NCBI GenBank assembly: GCA_900552895.1
Contig: USBK01000003.1
Location: 3,867 to 67,866, forward strand
Length of the DNA: 64,000 nt
Source: an uncultured Collinsella sp.
GTDB lineage: Bacteria > Actinomycetota > Coriobacteriia > Coriobacteriales > Coriobacteriaceae
Reading direction: 5' to 3'
Each line of letters begins with the position of its first letter. Position 1 is the first letter of the stretch. Below are positions 9,440 through 19,969 of the stretch, piece by piece. The translations under genes were made by a program, and so were the position numbers. Below the pieces are notes generated by a model. That model was not told the origin of the DNA, made no database searches, and saw only the letters and a program-made list of their open reading frames with translations.

Positions 9440-9526
9440 ATGGACATCCTCATTCCCATCATCGGAGTCGTCTGCATTGGACTCCTTATCTATTACATCT
9501 ACATTCTGATGAGGAGTGATTCGTAA
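9440..9526 (+). CDS. kdpF: KdpF-like small membrane subunit (28 aa; absent from ORF track)
   Basis: MDILIPIIGVVCIGLLIYYIYILMRSDS*, a single TM helix, RBS AAAGGGG, ending 3 nt before kdpA. Confidence 0.8.
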   Translation: MDILIPIIGVVCIGLLIYYIYILMRSDS

Positions 9527-9529
9527 ACT

Positions 9530-11353
9530 ATGGACGCTGCGATTCAGTACATCTTGTACTTTGCCGTGCTCGTCGTCCTGGCCGTTCCGCTCGGTCGGTT
9601 CATGGCCCATATCATGGATGGTGAGCATACGTTCCTGTCGCCTGTGATTGCTCCTGTGGAGCGTGGCGTCTATCGTCTGCTTCGCATCGACGCGGCAGAG
9701 CAGATGGGGTGTAGGCGCTATCTGGCGAGCGTGCTGGTCTTTTCGGGGATCGGCCTCGTGGCTCTTGTGGCACTCCAGGTGCTTCAGTCCTTCTTGCCAG
9801 GCAATCCCCAGCACCTGCCGGGTGTGTCATGGAACCTGTCGTTCAATACGGCTGCTTCCTTCATAACCAACACTAACTGGCAGTCCTACTCCGGTGAGAC
9901 CACCCTGTCCTACCTTGTGCAGTTCATGGGTCTCACCGTGCAGAACTTCGTTTCCGCCGGCACCGGTATCGCGGTCATGTTCGCGCTGATCCGCGGCTTC
10001 CGTCAGGTCAAGGAGCAGGGTCTGGGTTCCTTTTGGGTCGACCTCACCCGCACCGTCCTGTACGTGCTCATCCCGCTGAACCTCGTGTTCGGCATCTGCC
10101 TGGCTGCCGGTGGCGTCATCTCCAACTTCCAGCCGGCTCAGAAGGCTGAGCTCGTAGAGCCCGTCGCTGTCCAGCCTAATGCAGACGGCGGCTGGAGCGT
10201 CATCGACGGCGCCGAGATTGAGGGCGACACGGTCAAGGTCGACGGCAAGGTTGTCGAGGGCGCACGCGTGGTCACCGAGCAGTTCCTGCCCCAGGGTCCC
10301 GCGGCTCCTCAGGTCGCCATCAAGCAGTCCGGCACCAACGGCGGCGGCTTCTTCGGCGTGAACTCCGCTCATCCGTATGAGAACCCCAGTGCCTTCACCA
10401 ACATCATCGAGATGACCAGCCTGCTGCTGATCCCGGCCGCCTGTTGCTTCACCTTCGGTATCGGCGTCAAAAACACCAAGCAGGGCAAGGCCATCTTTGC
10501 CGCCATGTTCATCCTGCTGGTGATCTTCACCGGCATCATCGCCCTCAACGAGCATGCGGGCACACCGCAGCTGGCCGATGGCGGAGCGGTCAACATCGAG
10601 ATGACCGACGGTCAGGCCGGCGGCAACATGGAGGGCAAGGAGAGCCGCTTCGGTATCGCCTCCTCTTCCACCTGGTCCGCTTTCACGACGGCTGCTTCCA
10701 ACGGCTCGGTTAACTCCATGCACGACTCCTACACCCCGCTGGGCGGTTTTGTCCAGATGCTCCAGATGGCTCTGGGCGAGGTCGTCTTCGGCGGCGTGGG
10801 CTGCGGCCTGTACGGCATGATCGGCTTCGCCATCCTCACGGTGTTCATCGCCGGCCTCATGGTCGGACGCACGCCTGAGTTCCTGGGCAAGAAGATCGAG
10901 CCGGGCGAGATGCGCTGGGCAGTTGTCCTGTGCCTGGCAACTCCGTTTGCCATTCTGGTGTGCTCGGCCATCGCCTGCATGGTGCCCGGTCTTGCCGACC
11001 AGCTCAACAATGGTGGCGCGCACGGCTTCTCCGAGGTGCTGTATGCCTTCACCTCATGCGGCGGCAACAACGGCTCGGCGTTTGCAGGCATGAACTGCAA
11101 CATTCCCTGGATCAACGTCATGCTCGGCCTCGAGATGCTGTTCGCCCGCTTCATGCCCATCATCGGTACGCTGGCTATCGCCGGCTCGCTGGCCAAGAAA
11201 GGTAAGGTCGCCGAGAGCGCCGGTACCCTGTCTACCACCAACGGCATGTTCGTATTCCTGCTCGTGTTCATCGTTCTGCTGATCGGTGCTCTGAGCTTCT
11301 TCCCGGCCCTGGCGCTTGGCCCCGTTGCCGAGTTCTTCCAGATGATTGCGTAA
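9530..11353 (+). CDS. kdpA: Potassium-transporting ATPase subunit A
   Basis: [27 protein letters not shown] and NNGSAF selectivity-filter motifs. Confidence 0.98.
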   Translation: MDAAIQYILYFAVLVVLAVPLGRFMAHIMDGEHTFLSPVIAPVERGVYRLLRIDAAEQMGCRRYLASVLVFSGIGLVALVALQVLQSFLPGNPQHLPGVSWNLSFNTAASFITNTNWQSYSGETTLSYLVQFMGLTVQNFVSAGTGIAVMFALIRGFRQVKEQGLGSFWVDLTRTVLYVLIPLNLVFGICLAAGGVISNFQPAQKAELVEPVAVQPNADGGWSVIDGAEIEGDTVKVDGKVVEGARVVTEQFLPQGPAAPQVAIKQSGTNGGGFFGVNSAHPYENPSAFTNIIEMTSLLLIPAACCFTFGIGVKNTKQGKAIFAAMFILLVIFTGIIALNEHAGTPQLADGGAVNIEMTDGQAGGNMEGKESRFGIASSSTWSAFTTAASNGSVNSMHDSYTPLGGFVQMLQMALGEVVFGGVGCGLYGMIGFAILTVFIAGLMVGRTPEFLGKKIEPGEMRWAVVLCLATPFAILVCSAIACMVPGLADQLNNGGAHGFSEVLYAFTSCGGNNGSAFAGMNCNIPWINVMLGLEMLFARFMPIIGTLAIAGSLAKKGKVAESAGTLSTTNGMFVFLLVFIVLLIGALSFFPALALGPVAEFFQMIA

Positions 11354-11369
11354 AGGAGGGCGCAGATTT

Positions 11370-13430
11370 ATGGCTATGCAAAAAGACATGATGGGCCGCG
11401 CGGTCCGCGACTCGTTTGCCAAGTTGGATCCTCGCGTCCAGATTCAAAACCCGGTCATGTTCCTGGTGTGGCTTTCCGCCGTCATGACCTCCGTCCTGGC
11501 CGTCGCTTCCATCTTCGGTGTGCAGGACGCGGGTGTGCCCACTTACTATGTGGTCGCCATCGCGGTCATCCTGTGGCTCACCGACCTGTTCTCGAACTTC
11601 GCTGAGGCGCTTGCCGAGGGCCGCGGTAAGGCCCAGGCCGATTCCCTGCGTGCGGCCAAGAAGGATGTCGAGGCCCATCGCATCGAGTCCGTTGAGGACA
11701 AGGAGCACTTCACCGTCGTTCCCGGCACCGAGCTCACGCGCGGCGACCTGGTGATCGTACGCGCCGGCGAGCAGATTCCGGGAGACGGCGATGTCATCGA
11801 GGGTGCCGCCTCGGTTGATGAGTCGGCCATCACCGGCGAGTCTGCACCCGTGGTTCGCGAGGCTGGCGGCGACCGCTCTGCCGTTACCGGTGGTACCACG
11901 GTGCTGTCCGACTGGATCATCGTCAAGATCTCCAGCGAGCCCGGCCAGAGCTTCCTGGACAAGATGATCGCGATGGTCGAGGGTGCCGCGCGTAAGAAGA
12001 CCCCTAACGAGATTGCTCTGGAGATCTTCCTGGTGGCCCTCTCCATCGTCTTTATCCTGGTCACGTTGGCCCTGTATTGTTACTCCTGCTTCTCGTCCGG
12101 TCTTAACGACATGGTCAACCCCACGGCCGTGACCACGCTCGTGGCGCTGCTCGTGTGCCTGGCTCCCACTACCATCGGCGCCCTTCTGTCCGCCATCGGC
12201 ATCGCCGGCATGAGCCGTCTGAACGAGGCCAACGTGCTGGCCATGTCCGGCCGCGCCATCGAGGCCGCCGGCGACGTCGACATCCTCATGCTCGACAAGA
12301 CCGGCACCATCACCCTGGGTAACCGCCAAGCCGCCGAGTTCATCCCGGTCGACGGTGTCGATCCGGCAGAACTCGCCGATGCCGCCCAGCTTTCCTCGCT
12401 GGCCGACGAGACCCCCGAGGGCCGTTCCATCGTCGTGCTCGCCAAGGAGCAGTTTGGGCTGCGCGGCCGCACACTCGAGGATAAGGGCATGGAGTTCATC
12501 CCGTTCACCGCGGCAACGCGTATGTCCGGCGTGAACTACGAGGGCAATGAGATCCGCAAGGGCGCTGCCGATTCCGTGCGCACCTATGTGGAGGCAGCCG
12601 GCGGCGTGTTCTCCCAGGAGTGCGACGACGTCGTCGAGCGCATCGCCAAGGCCGGCGGCACCCCGCTGGTCGTGACCAAGAACTGCCGCGTGCTGGGCGT
12701 TGTGTACCTCAAGGACATCATCAAGTCCGGCGTTAAGGAGAAGTTCGCCGACCTGCGCAAGATGGGCATCAAGACCATCATGGTGACGGGCGACAACCCG
12801 CTCACCGCCGCGGCAATCGCCGCCGAGGCCGGCGTTGACGACTTTCTGGCCGAGGCCACCCCTGAAGGCAAGCTCGAGAAGATCCGCGAGTTCCAGCGTG
12901 AGGGCCACCTGGTCGCCATGACCGGCGACGGCACCAACGACGCGCCCGCTCTGGCCCAGGCCGACGTCGCCGTGGCCATGAACACGGGCACCCAGGCTGC
13001 CAAGGAGGCCGGCAACATGGTCGACCTCGACTCCAGCCCCACCAAGCTCATCGAGGTCGTGCGCATTGGCAAGCAACTGCTCATGACCCGCGGCTCGCTC
13101 ACGACCTTCTCGGTCGCCAACGACGTCGCCAAGTATTTCGCCATCATCCCGGCGCTATTCTCGCCGATCTACCCCGGGTTGGACGCCCTCAACATCCTGG
13201 GGCTCACCAGCCCGTTGTCTGCCGTGCTGTCCGCCATTATCTATAACGCGCTGGTCATCGTCGCGCTGATTCCTGCCGCCCTGAAAGGCGTGAAGTACCG
13301 CGAGCTTTCGTCCGGCCAGCTGCTGACCCACAACCTGCTGGTGTGGGGTCTGGGCGGTATCGTGGCACCGTTCGTATTCATCAAAATTATCGACATGCTG
13401 CTGGCCTTGTTCGGCATTGGCATGATGTAG
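11370..13430 (+). CDS. kdpB: Potassium-transporting ATPase subunit B
   Basis: [15 protein letters not shown] and [11 protein letters not shown]-type ATPase motifs. Confidence 0.98.
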   Translation: MAMQKDMMGRAVRDSFAKLDPRVQIQNPVMFLVWLSAVMTSVLAVASIFGVQDAGVPTYYVVAIAVILWLTDLFSNFAEALAEGRGKAQADSLRAAKKDVEAHRIESVEDKEHFTVVPGTELTRGDLVIVRAGEQIPGDGDVIEGAASVDESAITGESAPVVREAGGDRSAVTGGTTVLSDWIIVKISSEPGQSFLDKMIAMVEGAARKKTPNEIALEIFLVALSIVFILVTLALYCYSCFSSGLNDMVNPTAVTTLVALLVCLAPTTIGALLSAIGIAGMSRLNEANVLAMSGRAIEAAGDVDILMLDKTGTITLGNRQAAEFIPVDGVDPAELADAAQLSSLADETPEGRSIVVLAKEQFGLRGRTLEDKGMEFIPFTAATRMSGVNYEGNEIRKGAADSVRTYVEAAGGVFSQECDDVVERIAKAGGTPLVVTKNCRVLGVVYLKDIIKSGVKEKFADLRKMGIKTIMVTGDNPLTAAAIAAEAGVDDFLAEATPEGKLEKIREFQREGHLVAMTGDGTNDAPALAQADVAVAMNTGTQAAKEAGNMVDLDSSPTKLIEVVRIGKQLLMTRGSLTTFSVANDVAKYFAIIPALFSPIYPGLDALNILGLTSPLSAVLSAIIYNALVIVALIPAALKGVKYRELSSGQLLTHNLLVWGLGGIVAPFVFIKIIDMLLALFGIGMM

Positions 13431-13442
13431 ACGGAGGTTTGT

Positions 13443-14033
13443 ATGTTCAGAGGTATCGCATCGCGCGCACTGGGCGTGTTCGCGCTGTTTACCGTTGTCT
13501 GCGGCCTGGGCTATACGCTCGTCGTGACCGGCATCGCCCAGGTTGCGTTCCCGTATCAGGCGAACGGTTCGCTCATTACGGTCGACGGCAAGGTTGTGGG
13601 TTCCGAACTCATCGGCCAGAACTTTGATGACGAAGCCCACATGTGGGGTCGTATCCAGAACGTGTCAATTGTCGAAGGCGAAGACGGCGAGCTCATGGCG
13701 TATGGTGTCCCGTCCAACCTGTCCCCGGCGAGTGAGGAGTATCGGCAGCTGATAGATGCGCGCGTGAAGAAGATCCGCGCCGCCAACCCCGATGCCGATA
13801 TGGACGCCGTGCCCGTCGATCTGGTGACGTGTTCGGGGTCCGGTCTCGACCCGGAGATCTCTCCGGATGCCGCCGAGTACCAGGTTCCGCGCCTTGCCAA
13901 GGCCACGGGCAAAAGTGAGGACGAGGTGCGCGACATCATCGCCGCGTGCACCAAGGGCCGTTTCCTCGGCGTGTTCGGCGAGCCCACGGTCAACGTGCTC
14001 AAGGTGAACCTTATGCTGGACGGCGCGCTGTAG
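13443..14033 (+). CDS. kdpC: Potassium-transporting ATPase subunit C
   Basis: FPYQANGSL, GSELIGQ, VPVDLVTCSGSGLDP, VNVLKVNL. Confidence 0.97.
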   Translation: MFRGIASRALGVFALFTVVCGLGYTLVVTGIAQVAFPYQANGSLITVDGKVVGSELIGQNFDDEAHMWGRIQNVSIVEGEDGELMAYGVPSNLSPASEEYRQLIDARVKKIRAANPDADMDAVPVDLVTCSGSGLDPEISPDAAEYQVPRLAKATGKSEDEVRDIIAACTKGRFLGVFGEPTVNVLKVNLMLDGAL

Positions 14034-14053
14034 GTGAGGAAGTGGCGGATGAG

Positions 14054-14168
14054 GGCATGACTGACTATCTGAGCCCTCAATTCCACCCCGCCCATCAGTT
14101 GCGGTGAAATACGGACTGTTTTGCCTGTCAAAAGCTTCATCTACTCCGTATTCCACCGCAACTTTTTT
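14054..14168 (+). repeat. 115-bp direct repeat, right of kdp locus (family C palindrome 14097-14163)
   Basis: Ungapped match to 5638-5752. Confidence 0.9.
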
Positions 14169-14281
14169 ATGAGGGTCGGGATTGAAGGTGGGGAGTGCGA
14201 GCGAGTGCGAATGCGGCGGTTACTGATACGATAGGTACGTTAGCAACTGCCGCCGAGCGGCTCAAACGAAAGGAACCCTGT

Positions 14282-16231
14282 ATGGAGTCCTCCGCCTATC
14301 CAATGCTCTTTAGCCCGATCAAGGTCGGTACGACCGAGGTCAAGAACCGCGTCTTTATGCCGCCGGTGTCCACCAACCTGGCCGATCATGGCTATGTGAC
14401 CGACGACTTGGTCGATCATTACCGTGCCCGCGCCAAGGGCGGCGTGGGCCTGATCATCACCGAGGTCGTGACGGTCGAGCCCACCTATACCTATCTGCCG
14501 GGTGACATGTGCTGCTACGACGACACATTTATCCCCGGCTGGGAAAAGCTCGCCGCGGCCGTCCACGAGTATGGCTGCAAGATCATGCCGCAGCTCTTCC
14601 ACCCCGCCTACATGGCCTTTAACATTCCGGGCACGCCTCGCCTGATCGCTCCGTCCTTTGTGGGCCCGTCTTACGCCCGCGAGGCACCGCGCCCCATCAC
14701 GGTCGACGAGATCCACGAGCTCACGCACCAGTTTGGCGACGCCGCCGTGCGTATGCAAAAGGCTGGCGTCGATGGCGTCGAGGTCCACGCGGCGCACGCC
14801 CACGGCATGCTCGGCGGCTTTTTGACCCCGCTCTACAACAAGCGTACCGACGAGTACGGCGGCTCGCTCGACGCCCGCATGCGCTTTTTGCTCGAGGTCA
14901 TCGCCGAGATTCGCGAGCGCTGCGGCAAGGACTTTATCATCGACGTCCGCATCTCGGGTGACGAGTACACCGATGGTGGCCTGACCCTCAACGACATGAT
15001 CTACGTCTCGCGTCGCCTGGAGAAGGCCGGCGTCGACATGATTCATGTGTCGGGCGGCACCACTATCAAGCGCGGCTCCGCGATTCCCGCCGCCGGTACG
15101 CAGCAGGCCTCGCATGCTGCTTGCTCGCGCGAGATCAAAAAGCACGTCAACATTCCCGTCGCCACCGTCGGACGTATCAACGAGGCCTGGATTGCCGAGG
15201 AGCTGATCGAGGACGGCGCTGCCGACATCTGCATGATGGGCCGCGCCAATCTGTGCGATGCCGAGTTCTGCAACAAGGCGGCCGCCGGCAACGCCGACGA
15301 CATCCGCCCCTGCATTGGCTGCCTGCGCTGCCTGAACGGCATTATGTTCGGCAAGCGCATCTCCTGCACCGTCAACCCCGATGTTGAGCGCGACGAGGCC
15401 GGCTACGAGCCTGCCGACGAAGCCAAGAACGTGCTCGTTGTGGGCGCTGGTCCTGCGGGCATGGAGGCAGCCTACATTGCCACCAAGCGCGGCCACAACG
15501 TGGTGCTCGTGGACAAGCAGGATGAGCCGGGCGGCGAAATGCGCATCGCAGCCGTTCCGCCGGCAAAGCAGGAACTCACTCGCGTGATCAAGTATCAGTA
15601 CCGTCGCCTGGCCGAGGCCGGCGTGAAGTGCGTATTTGGCACCGAGCTTTCGGCCGAGGACATTCAGCGTGACTATGCGGGTTACGAGGTTGTCCTGGCT
15701 TATGGCGCCGAGCCCATCGCTCCGGCCTTCATGCAGGGCTTTAAGCAGGTTATGACAGCTGACGACCTGCTGGGTGGCAAGGCTTTCCCGGGCAAGAAGA
15801 TCGTCATCGTGGGCGGCGGCACCGTCGGCTGCGAGACGGCCGATTACCTGGCCCCGCTGGTCAACGACCTGTCGCCGGCCAATCGCGACGTCACTGTCAT
15901 CGAGATGACCAAGACGCTCGCCGCCAATGAGGGCGGTGCCGGTCGCGCGGTGCTCATCACGCGCATGCTCTCCAAGGGCGTCCACGTGCTGACCGAGGCA
16001 AAGGTGACCGAGATCACCGAGGACACCATCAGCTACGAGAAGGACGGCGAGGTCCACACCATCGCCGATGCCGATACGCTGGTGCTTGCCATGGGCTATC
16101 GTCCCAATACCAAGTTGGCCGACGACCTTGCCGCTGCCGGCGTTACCACCCACGTGCTGGGTGACGCCAACAAGTGCGGCAACATTCGCGACGCCATCGG
16201 CGATGGCTACAAGGTTGCCTGCGAGCTCTAG
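14282..16231 (+). CDS. OYE-family NADH:flavin oxidoreductase with Fe-S and FAD/NAD domains (BaiCD/FadH-like architecture)
   Basis: LFSPIKVG...KNR, RAKGGVGLII, NKRTDEYGG, CIGCLRC-x11-C, two GxGxxG motifs; RBS AAAGGA. Confidence 0.9.
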   Translation: MESSAYPMLFSPIKVGTTEVKNRVFMPPVSTNLADHGYVTDDLVDHYRARAKGGVGLIITEVVTVEPTYTYLPGDMCCYDDTFIPGWEKLAAAVHEYGCKIMPQLFHPAYMAFNIPGTPRLIAPSFVGPSYAREAPRPITVDEIHELTHQFGDAAVRMQKAGVDGVEVHAAHAHGMLGGFLTPLYNKRTDEYGGSLDARMRFLLEVIAEIRERCGKDFIIDVRISGDEYTDGGLTLNDMIYVSRRLEKAGVDMIHVSGGTTIKRGSAIPAAGTQQASHAACSREIKKHVNIPVATVGRINEAWIAEELIEDGAADICMMGRANLCDAEFCNKAAAGNADDIRPCIGCLRCLNGIMFGKRISCTVNPDVERDEAGYEPADEAKNVLVVGAGPAGMEAAYIATKRGHNVVLVDKQDEPGGEMRIAAVPPAKQELTRVIKYQYRRLAEAGVKCVFGTELSAEDIQRDYAGYEVVLAYGAEPIAPAFMQGFKQVMTADDLLGGKAFPGKKIVIVGGGTVGCETADYLAPLVNDLSPANRDVTVIEMTKTLAANEGGAGRAVLITRMLSKGVHVLTEAKVTEITEDTISYEKDGEVHTIADADTLVLAMGYRPNTKLADDLAAAGVTTHVLGDANKCGNIRDAIGDGYKVACEL

Positions 16232-16240
16232 TCAACCCTT

Positions 16241-16305
16241 TGGTGCGATGGGGACAGGTTACTTTGCACCAACTTGGTGCATGTAAACCTGGCCCCATCG
16301 CACCA
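16241..16305. repeat. Inverted doublet of GGGG(A/C)CAGG-core REP-like units
   Basis: TGGTGCGATGGGGACAGGTTACTTTGCACCA followed by the near reverse complement TGGTGCATGTAAACCTGGCCCCATCGCACCA. Confidence 0.75.
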
Positions 16306-16367
16306 TTTGATAAAACGCAAGCGGCCGCCGCTTTTGCGTTTTATCAAAGAAAGATCATTGTCGAGCC

Positions 16368-16650
16368 TTAAATGCCTTTTGTCTGTGCGTCTTCTGCAAT
16401 CATGTTGCGGTTGTAGACCAGGTACAGATACATCGCATCGTGAGCGGCGGTGGGGTTGCGCGCCTCGATGGCGTCGGCCACACCGTGGTGCGTGCGGATG
16501 GTCTCCTCGACGAGCTTTTTGCCTGTTATGTCGATAAAGAGGGGAACGGATGCCTTGAGCACACCTATCAGACGGGTAACGACGAGGTTTCCGCCATCCC
16601 AGGGCGGCTTCATGGAGTAGCGCCCGTACGCATCGAATATCCCTCTCATA
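16368..16650 (-). pseudogene. C-terminal (FCD) remnant of a FadR/GntR regulator
   Basis: GNLVVTRLIGVL...ETIRTHHGVADAIEARNPTAAHDAMYLYL; no HTH and frame disrupted upstream. Confidence 0.7.
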
Positions 16651-16662
16651 GATGTGCGGCAC

Positions 16663-16699
16663 AAAGAGCCCCGAGTTCATACGAGCTCGGGGCTTTTTT
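16663..16699. terminator. Terminator-like hairpin at the FadR remnant breakpoint
   Basis: AAAGAGCCCCGAG / CTCGGGGCTTTTT. Confidence 0.65.
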
Positions 16700-16797
16700 C
16701 GTTTGGATTGCAGACGTATTGACAGACGAAAACAGTCTGCGTCCGGTATTGAGCCATACGAAAGCGAAATTATGCGTCTTAATTCCGTACGCAAATC

Positions 16798-16857
16798 AAG
16801 ACGAAAACCGTTTGCGTCTTGAATAAATCAGTACGCAAACGGTTTTCGTCTTATAAT
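16798..16857 (+). promoter_or_regulatory. 20-bp perfect inverted repeat abutting a TATAAT -10 box
   Basis: AAGACGAAAACCGTTTGCGT-N15-ACGCAAACGGTTTTCGTCTT, then TATAAT at 16852. Confidence 0.7.
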
Positions 16858-16894
16858 ACGGTTATGAATGGTACGAAACGAGGGGGTTGTGCAT

Positions 16895-18148
16895 ATGGTT
16901 GTTAGAGAGAGCCCTACAGTCGAATACAAGGAAAGCGTTACGCCGACGTTTCTTAAAACGGTGAGCGCCTATGCAAACTACGGGACGGGCAAGATTGAGT
17001 TTGGCGTTGATGACGATGGCGTGGCTGTCGGCCTTGCGGATCCGGTTGCAGAATGCCTGCGCATCGAGAACATGATTAACGACAGTCTTGATCCCGCGCC
17101 CCGTTACTCGCTTGAGCCCGATGAGAAACACGGGACCGTAATCCTTACGGTTTATGAGGGGCAGGACAAACCCTATCGAAGCAAGGGAAAGGCCTACAGA
17201 CGAAACGATTCGGCAACGGTGGAGGTCGACCGGTTTGAGTATGGCAGGCTGACGCTCGAAGGCAGCAACGTAACGTTCGACGCGCTCACGTCGGCTCGCC
17301 AGGACTTGAGTTTTCACACGCTCGAGCATAAGTGTGTTGAACATCTCGGCATTTCCGAGCTAACGCCGGATATCATGCGCACGCTTCGCTTGCTCGGCAA
17401 GGACGGCTATACCAACGCTGCGGCGATTTTGGCGGATAAGAATGATTTTCCGGGCATCGACTGCGTCCGTTTTGGCGATACCGAGGATGTGATCTTGGAT
17501 CGCGAGGCGGCGACAAATGTATCCGCAATTGAGCAGGTGGACAGGGCGGTGGCTATGTTTGCACGCTACTACCGTTATGAGCGTATCGAAGGGATGGAGC
17601 GCGTCCAAACCGATCGAATTCCTCTTGAGGCATTCCGCGAAGCTGTTGCAAACGCTTTGGTGCATCGGACGTGGGACGTTCGAGCGAACGTTCAAATTGC
17701 CCTGTACGATGATCGTGTCGTTGTGACCTCCCCCGGATCGCTGCCCGCCGGTTTGACGACGGAACAATACCTGTATGGGCAGATATCCGTGCTCAGAAAC
17801 CCCATCGTTGCAGAGGCCTTCTTAAAGCTGGATTACATCGAGAAATTTGGTACGGGAATCGCGCGCATTAGACGTGCCTATCGCGATTCGATCAATCAAC
17901 CAATTTTTGATGTTCGCGGCGGCATGGTGGCCGTCACATTGCCCGTTACCGATGCCTTTGAAGGGTCCGAGGAAGAGGTCCAGGTTCTCAAGGCCTTGTC
18001 GGGCGGGCGAATTATGTCGCGAAGCGAGATTGAAAAACAGACGGGGCTGAGCCGCATGCGGACGTTGGCGGCACTCGAATCTCTGCTTGAACGGAATGCA
18101 ATCGTAAGGCAGGGAACCGGGCGGGCCACGAAATACGAGCGCTCATAG
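16895..18148 (+). CDS. Schlafen/AlbA_2 domain + HATPase-like (RecG C-terminal type) + wHTH protein
   Basis: ESPTVEYKE...SAYANYGTGKIEFGVDDDG; FREAVANALVHR; SPGSLP; RNPIVA; IEKFGTGI; C-terminal GTGRATKY. Confidence 0.85.
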   Translation: MVVRESPTVEYKESVTPTFLKTVSAYANYGTGKIEFGVDDDGVAVGLADPVAECLRIENMINDSLDPAPRYSLEPDEKHGTVILTVYEGQDKPYRSKGKAYRRNDSATVEVDRFEYGRLTLEGSNVTFDALTSARQDLSFHTLEHKCVEHLGISELTPDIMRTLRLLGKDGYTNAAAILADKNDFPGIDCVRFGDTEDVILDREAATNVSAIEQVDRAVAMFARYYRYERIEGMERVQTDRIPLEAFREAVANALVHRTWDVRANVQIALYDDRVVVTSPGSLPAGLTTEQYLYGQISVLRNPIVAEAFLKLDYIEKFGTGIARIRRAYRDSINQPIFDVRGGMVAVTLPVTDAFEGSEEEVQVLKALSGGRIMSRSEIEKQTGLSRMRTLAALESLLERNAIVRQGTGRATKYERS

Positions 18149-18255
18149 TCAAAAAGAGCCCCGTCCCAAAAAGACTGATTGGGAGCTGGGGCGTGTCGAT
18201 GCGATAGTATTACGTGATGAGATTCGACAAACCGTGGGCTTCATCCGAGGGCTTT

Positions 18256-18948
18256 ATGGAACAGCACCAGCATTATCAGAGCCTGCAAGATCAGGCATAC
18301 AACGCATTGCGCTCCAAGATCATCTATGCCGAGCTCAAGCCCGGCACGCGCCTTTCGGCGATTGGTCTGGAAAAGGAGACGGGAATCGGGCGCACGCCCA
18401 TTCGCGAGTCCTTTGTGCGCCTGCGCGAGCAAGAGCTGGTGGAAACGCGTCCCAAAAGCGGCACCTATGTCTCAAAAATCAGCATGGAGCGCGCCGAGAA
18501 TGCCTGTTTCTTGCGCGAGAAACTCGAGAGAAGTGTGCTCATTAAATGCTGTTCGGCCGCTACGCCCGAGCAAAAGCATCGGCTCGAGCAGATTCTTACC
18601 GAGTCCGAGTCGCTCGACCATAGCGAAACGCGTCGCTTTTTTGATCTGGACAACCTGTTCCACGAGACATGTTTTGAGATTGCCGGCCGCCACATGTTGT
18701 GGGATTGGATGAAGAGCATCAACACGCATTTTGAGCGATACAACTGGCTGCGTATGGTGTCGCAGGATTTGGATTGGGAGCCGATCCGTGGGCAGCATCG
18801 CCGGATTCTCGAGGCCATTAAGAAGGGCGATACCGACACGGCGAGCTATCTGGCAGAGACGCATTTGCATCTAATGCCCGAGGAACAGGGCCCGGTTATC
18901 GCCTTACATCCCGACTACTTTGAGCTGCCCAAAGACTCGGCCATCTAA
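18256..18948 (+). CDS. GntR-family (FCD) transcriptional regulator
   Basis: AYNALRSKII...GIGRTPIRE...RPKSGTYV and DNLFH FCD domain. Confidence 0.92.
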   Translation: MEQHQHYQSLQDQAYNALRSKIIYAELKPGTRLSAIGLEKETGIGRTPIRESFVRLREQELVETRPKSGTYVSKISMERAENACFLREKLERSVLIKCCSAATPEQKHRLEQILTESESLDHSETRRFFDLDNLFHETCFEIAGRHMLWDWMKSINTHFERYNWLRMVSQDLDWEPIRGQHRRILEAIKKGDTDTASYLAETHLHLMPEEQGPVIALHPDYFELPKDSAI

Positions 18949-18963
18949 TCCGTTCCCCTAATT

Positions 18964-19028
18964 AGTTGCGGTGAAATAGGGACTGTTTTGCAGCTTTGAC
19001 GACGTAAGCAGTCCGTATTTCACCGCAA
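18964..19028. repeat. Family C palindrome, third copy
   Basis: AGTTGCGGTGAAATAGGGACTG...CAGTCCGTATTTCACCGCAA. Confidence 0.85.
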
Positions 19029-19276
19029 GTGCGGGGATGCAATCGGGGCATGAAAAGGCTGCGGCGCCGCTTGGAGGAAAAGACTGGAAGCAAGGGTCCA
19101 TTCCCCCAGACGGCGCCGCAGCTGTTTTGGTGGACTGGATTATGTTGAGTCGGTTGATTGACCGGGAAAGCAAAGCGGCTCGGGGGCGTGTCGCTTCCGT
19201 CACGTTCTATCAGCATACAAGACGGTTTTGGTTCTTGTTCGTGACGGAAACGGCGCGCTTCCGAGCCGCTTTAAAA

Positions 19277-19310
19277 GAAAGGGGGCGAGGTCTAGGACAC
19301 GCCCCCTTTC
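19277..19310 (-). terminator. Terminator after eda
   Basis: GAAAGGGGGCG / CGCCCCCTTTC stem with an A run on the left. Confidence 0.7.
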
Positions 19311-19327
19311 ACGATAGAGAGCTGAAC

Positions 19328-19969
19328 CTAGCCGCGGACCTTCTTGACGACGTCCATGGCCTCGCGGGCGATCTGCTCGACCTTGGAAAAGTCGCCGTCG
19401 GCGAACAGGGCCGGCTTGACCATCCAGGTGCCACCGCAGGCGATGATGGCGCTGGAGCTCAGGTACTCCTCGACGTTGGCAGTGTTCACGCCGCCGGTGG
19501 GCATAAAGCGATGGCCGACAAACGGAGCAGCGAGGGCCTTGATGGTGTTGAGGCCACCATACTGAGCCGCGGGGAAGAACTTGGTGACCTTGAGGCCCAG
19601 GTTCTCGGCGGCGGTAACCTCGGAGGGGGTCACGGTGCCAGGAAGGACGGGCAGGTCGATGCCGATGCAGTGCTTTACAACGTCCTCGTTGTAACCCGGG
19701 GAGACGATGAACTTGGCACCGGCGGCGCGGGCCTGCTCAACCTGCTCGACAGTCAGGACGGTGCCAGCGCCGACGCACATCTCGGGCTCGGCCTCGGCCA
19801 TAGCGGCGATGCACTCGGCGGCGCAAGCGGTGCGGAAGGTGACCTCGGCGGACTTCATGCCGGCAGACATCAGGGCGTGGGCGAGCGGTGCGGCGTCCTC
19901 GACCTTGTCGAGCACGACGACCGGCACGATGCCCAGGGACTCGAGCGTGGTATAGAACTGATCGAACAT
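19328..19969 (-). CDS. eda: KDPG/KHG aldolase
   Basis: EVTFRT, VGAGTVL, FIVSPG, KFFPA, FMPTGGV. Confidence 0.95.
   Translation of the reverse strand: MFDQFYTTLESLGIVPVVVLDKVEDAAPLAHALMSAGMKSAEVTFRTACAAECIAAMAEAEPEMCVGAGTVLTVEQVEQARAAGAKFIVSPGYNEDVVKHCIGIDLPVLPGTVTPSEVTAAENLGLKVTKFFPAAQYGGLNTIKALAAPFVGHRFMPTGGVNTANVEEYLSSSAIIACGGTWMVKPALFADGDFSKVEQIAREAMDVVKKVRG

Noticed and set aside
14282..16231. Calling the reductase bilR, baiCD or baiH
   Set aside because: It lacks the HGDR motif of BilR and the HNYL motif of Bai enzymes, and there is no bai operon context.
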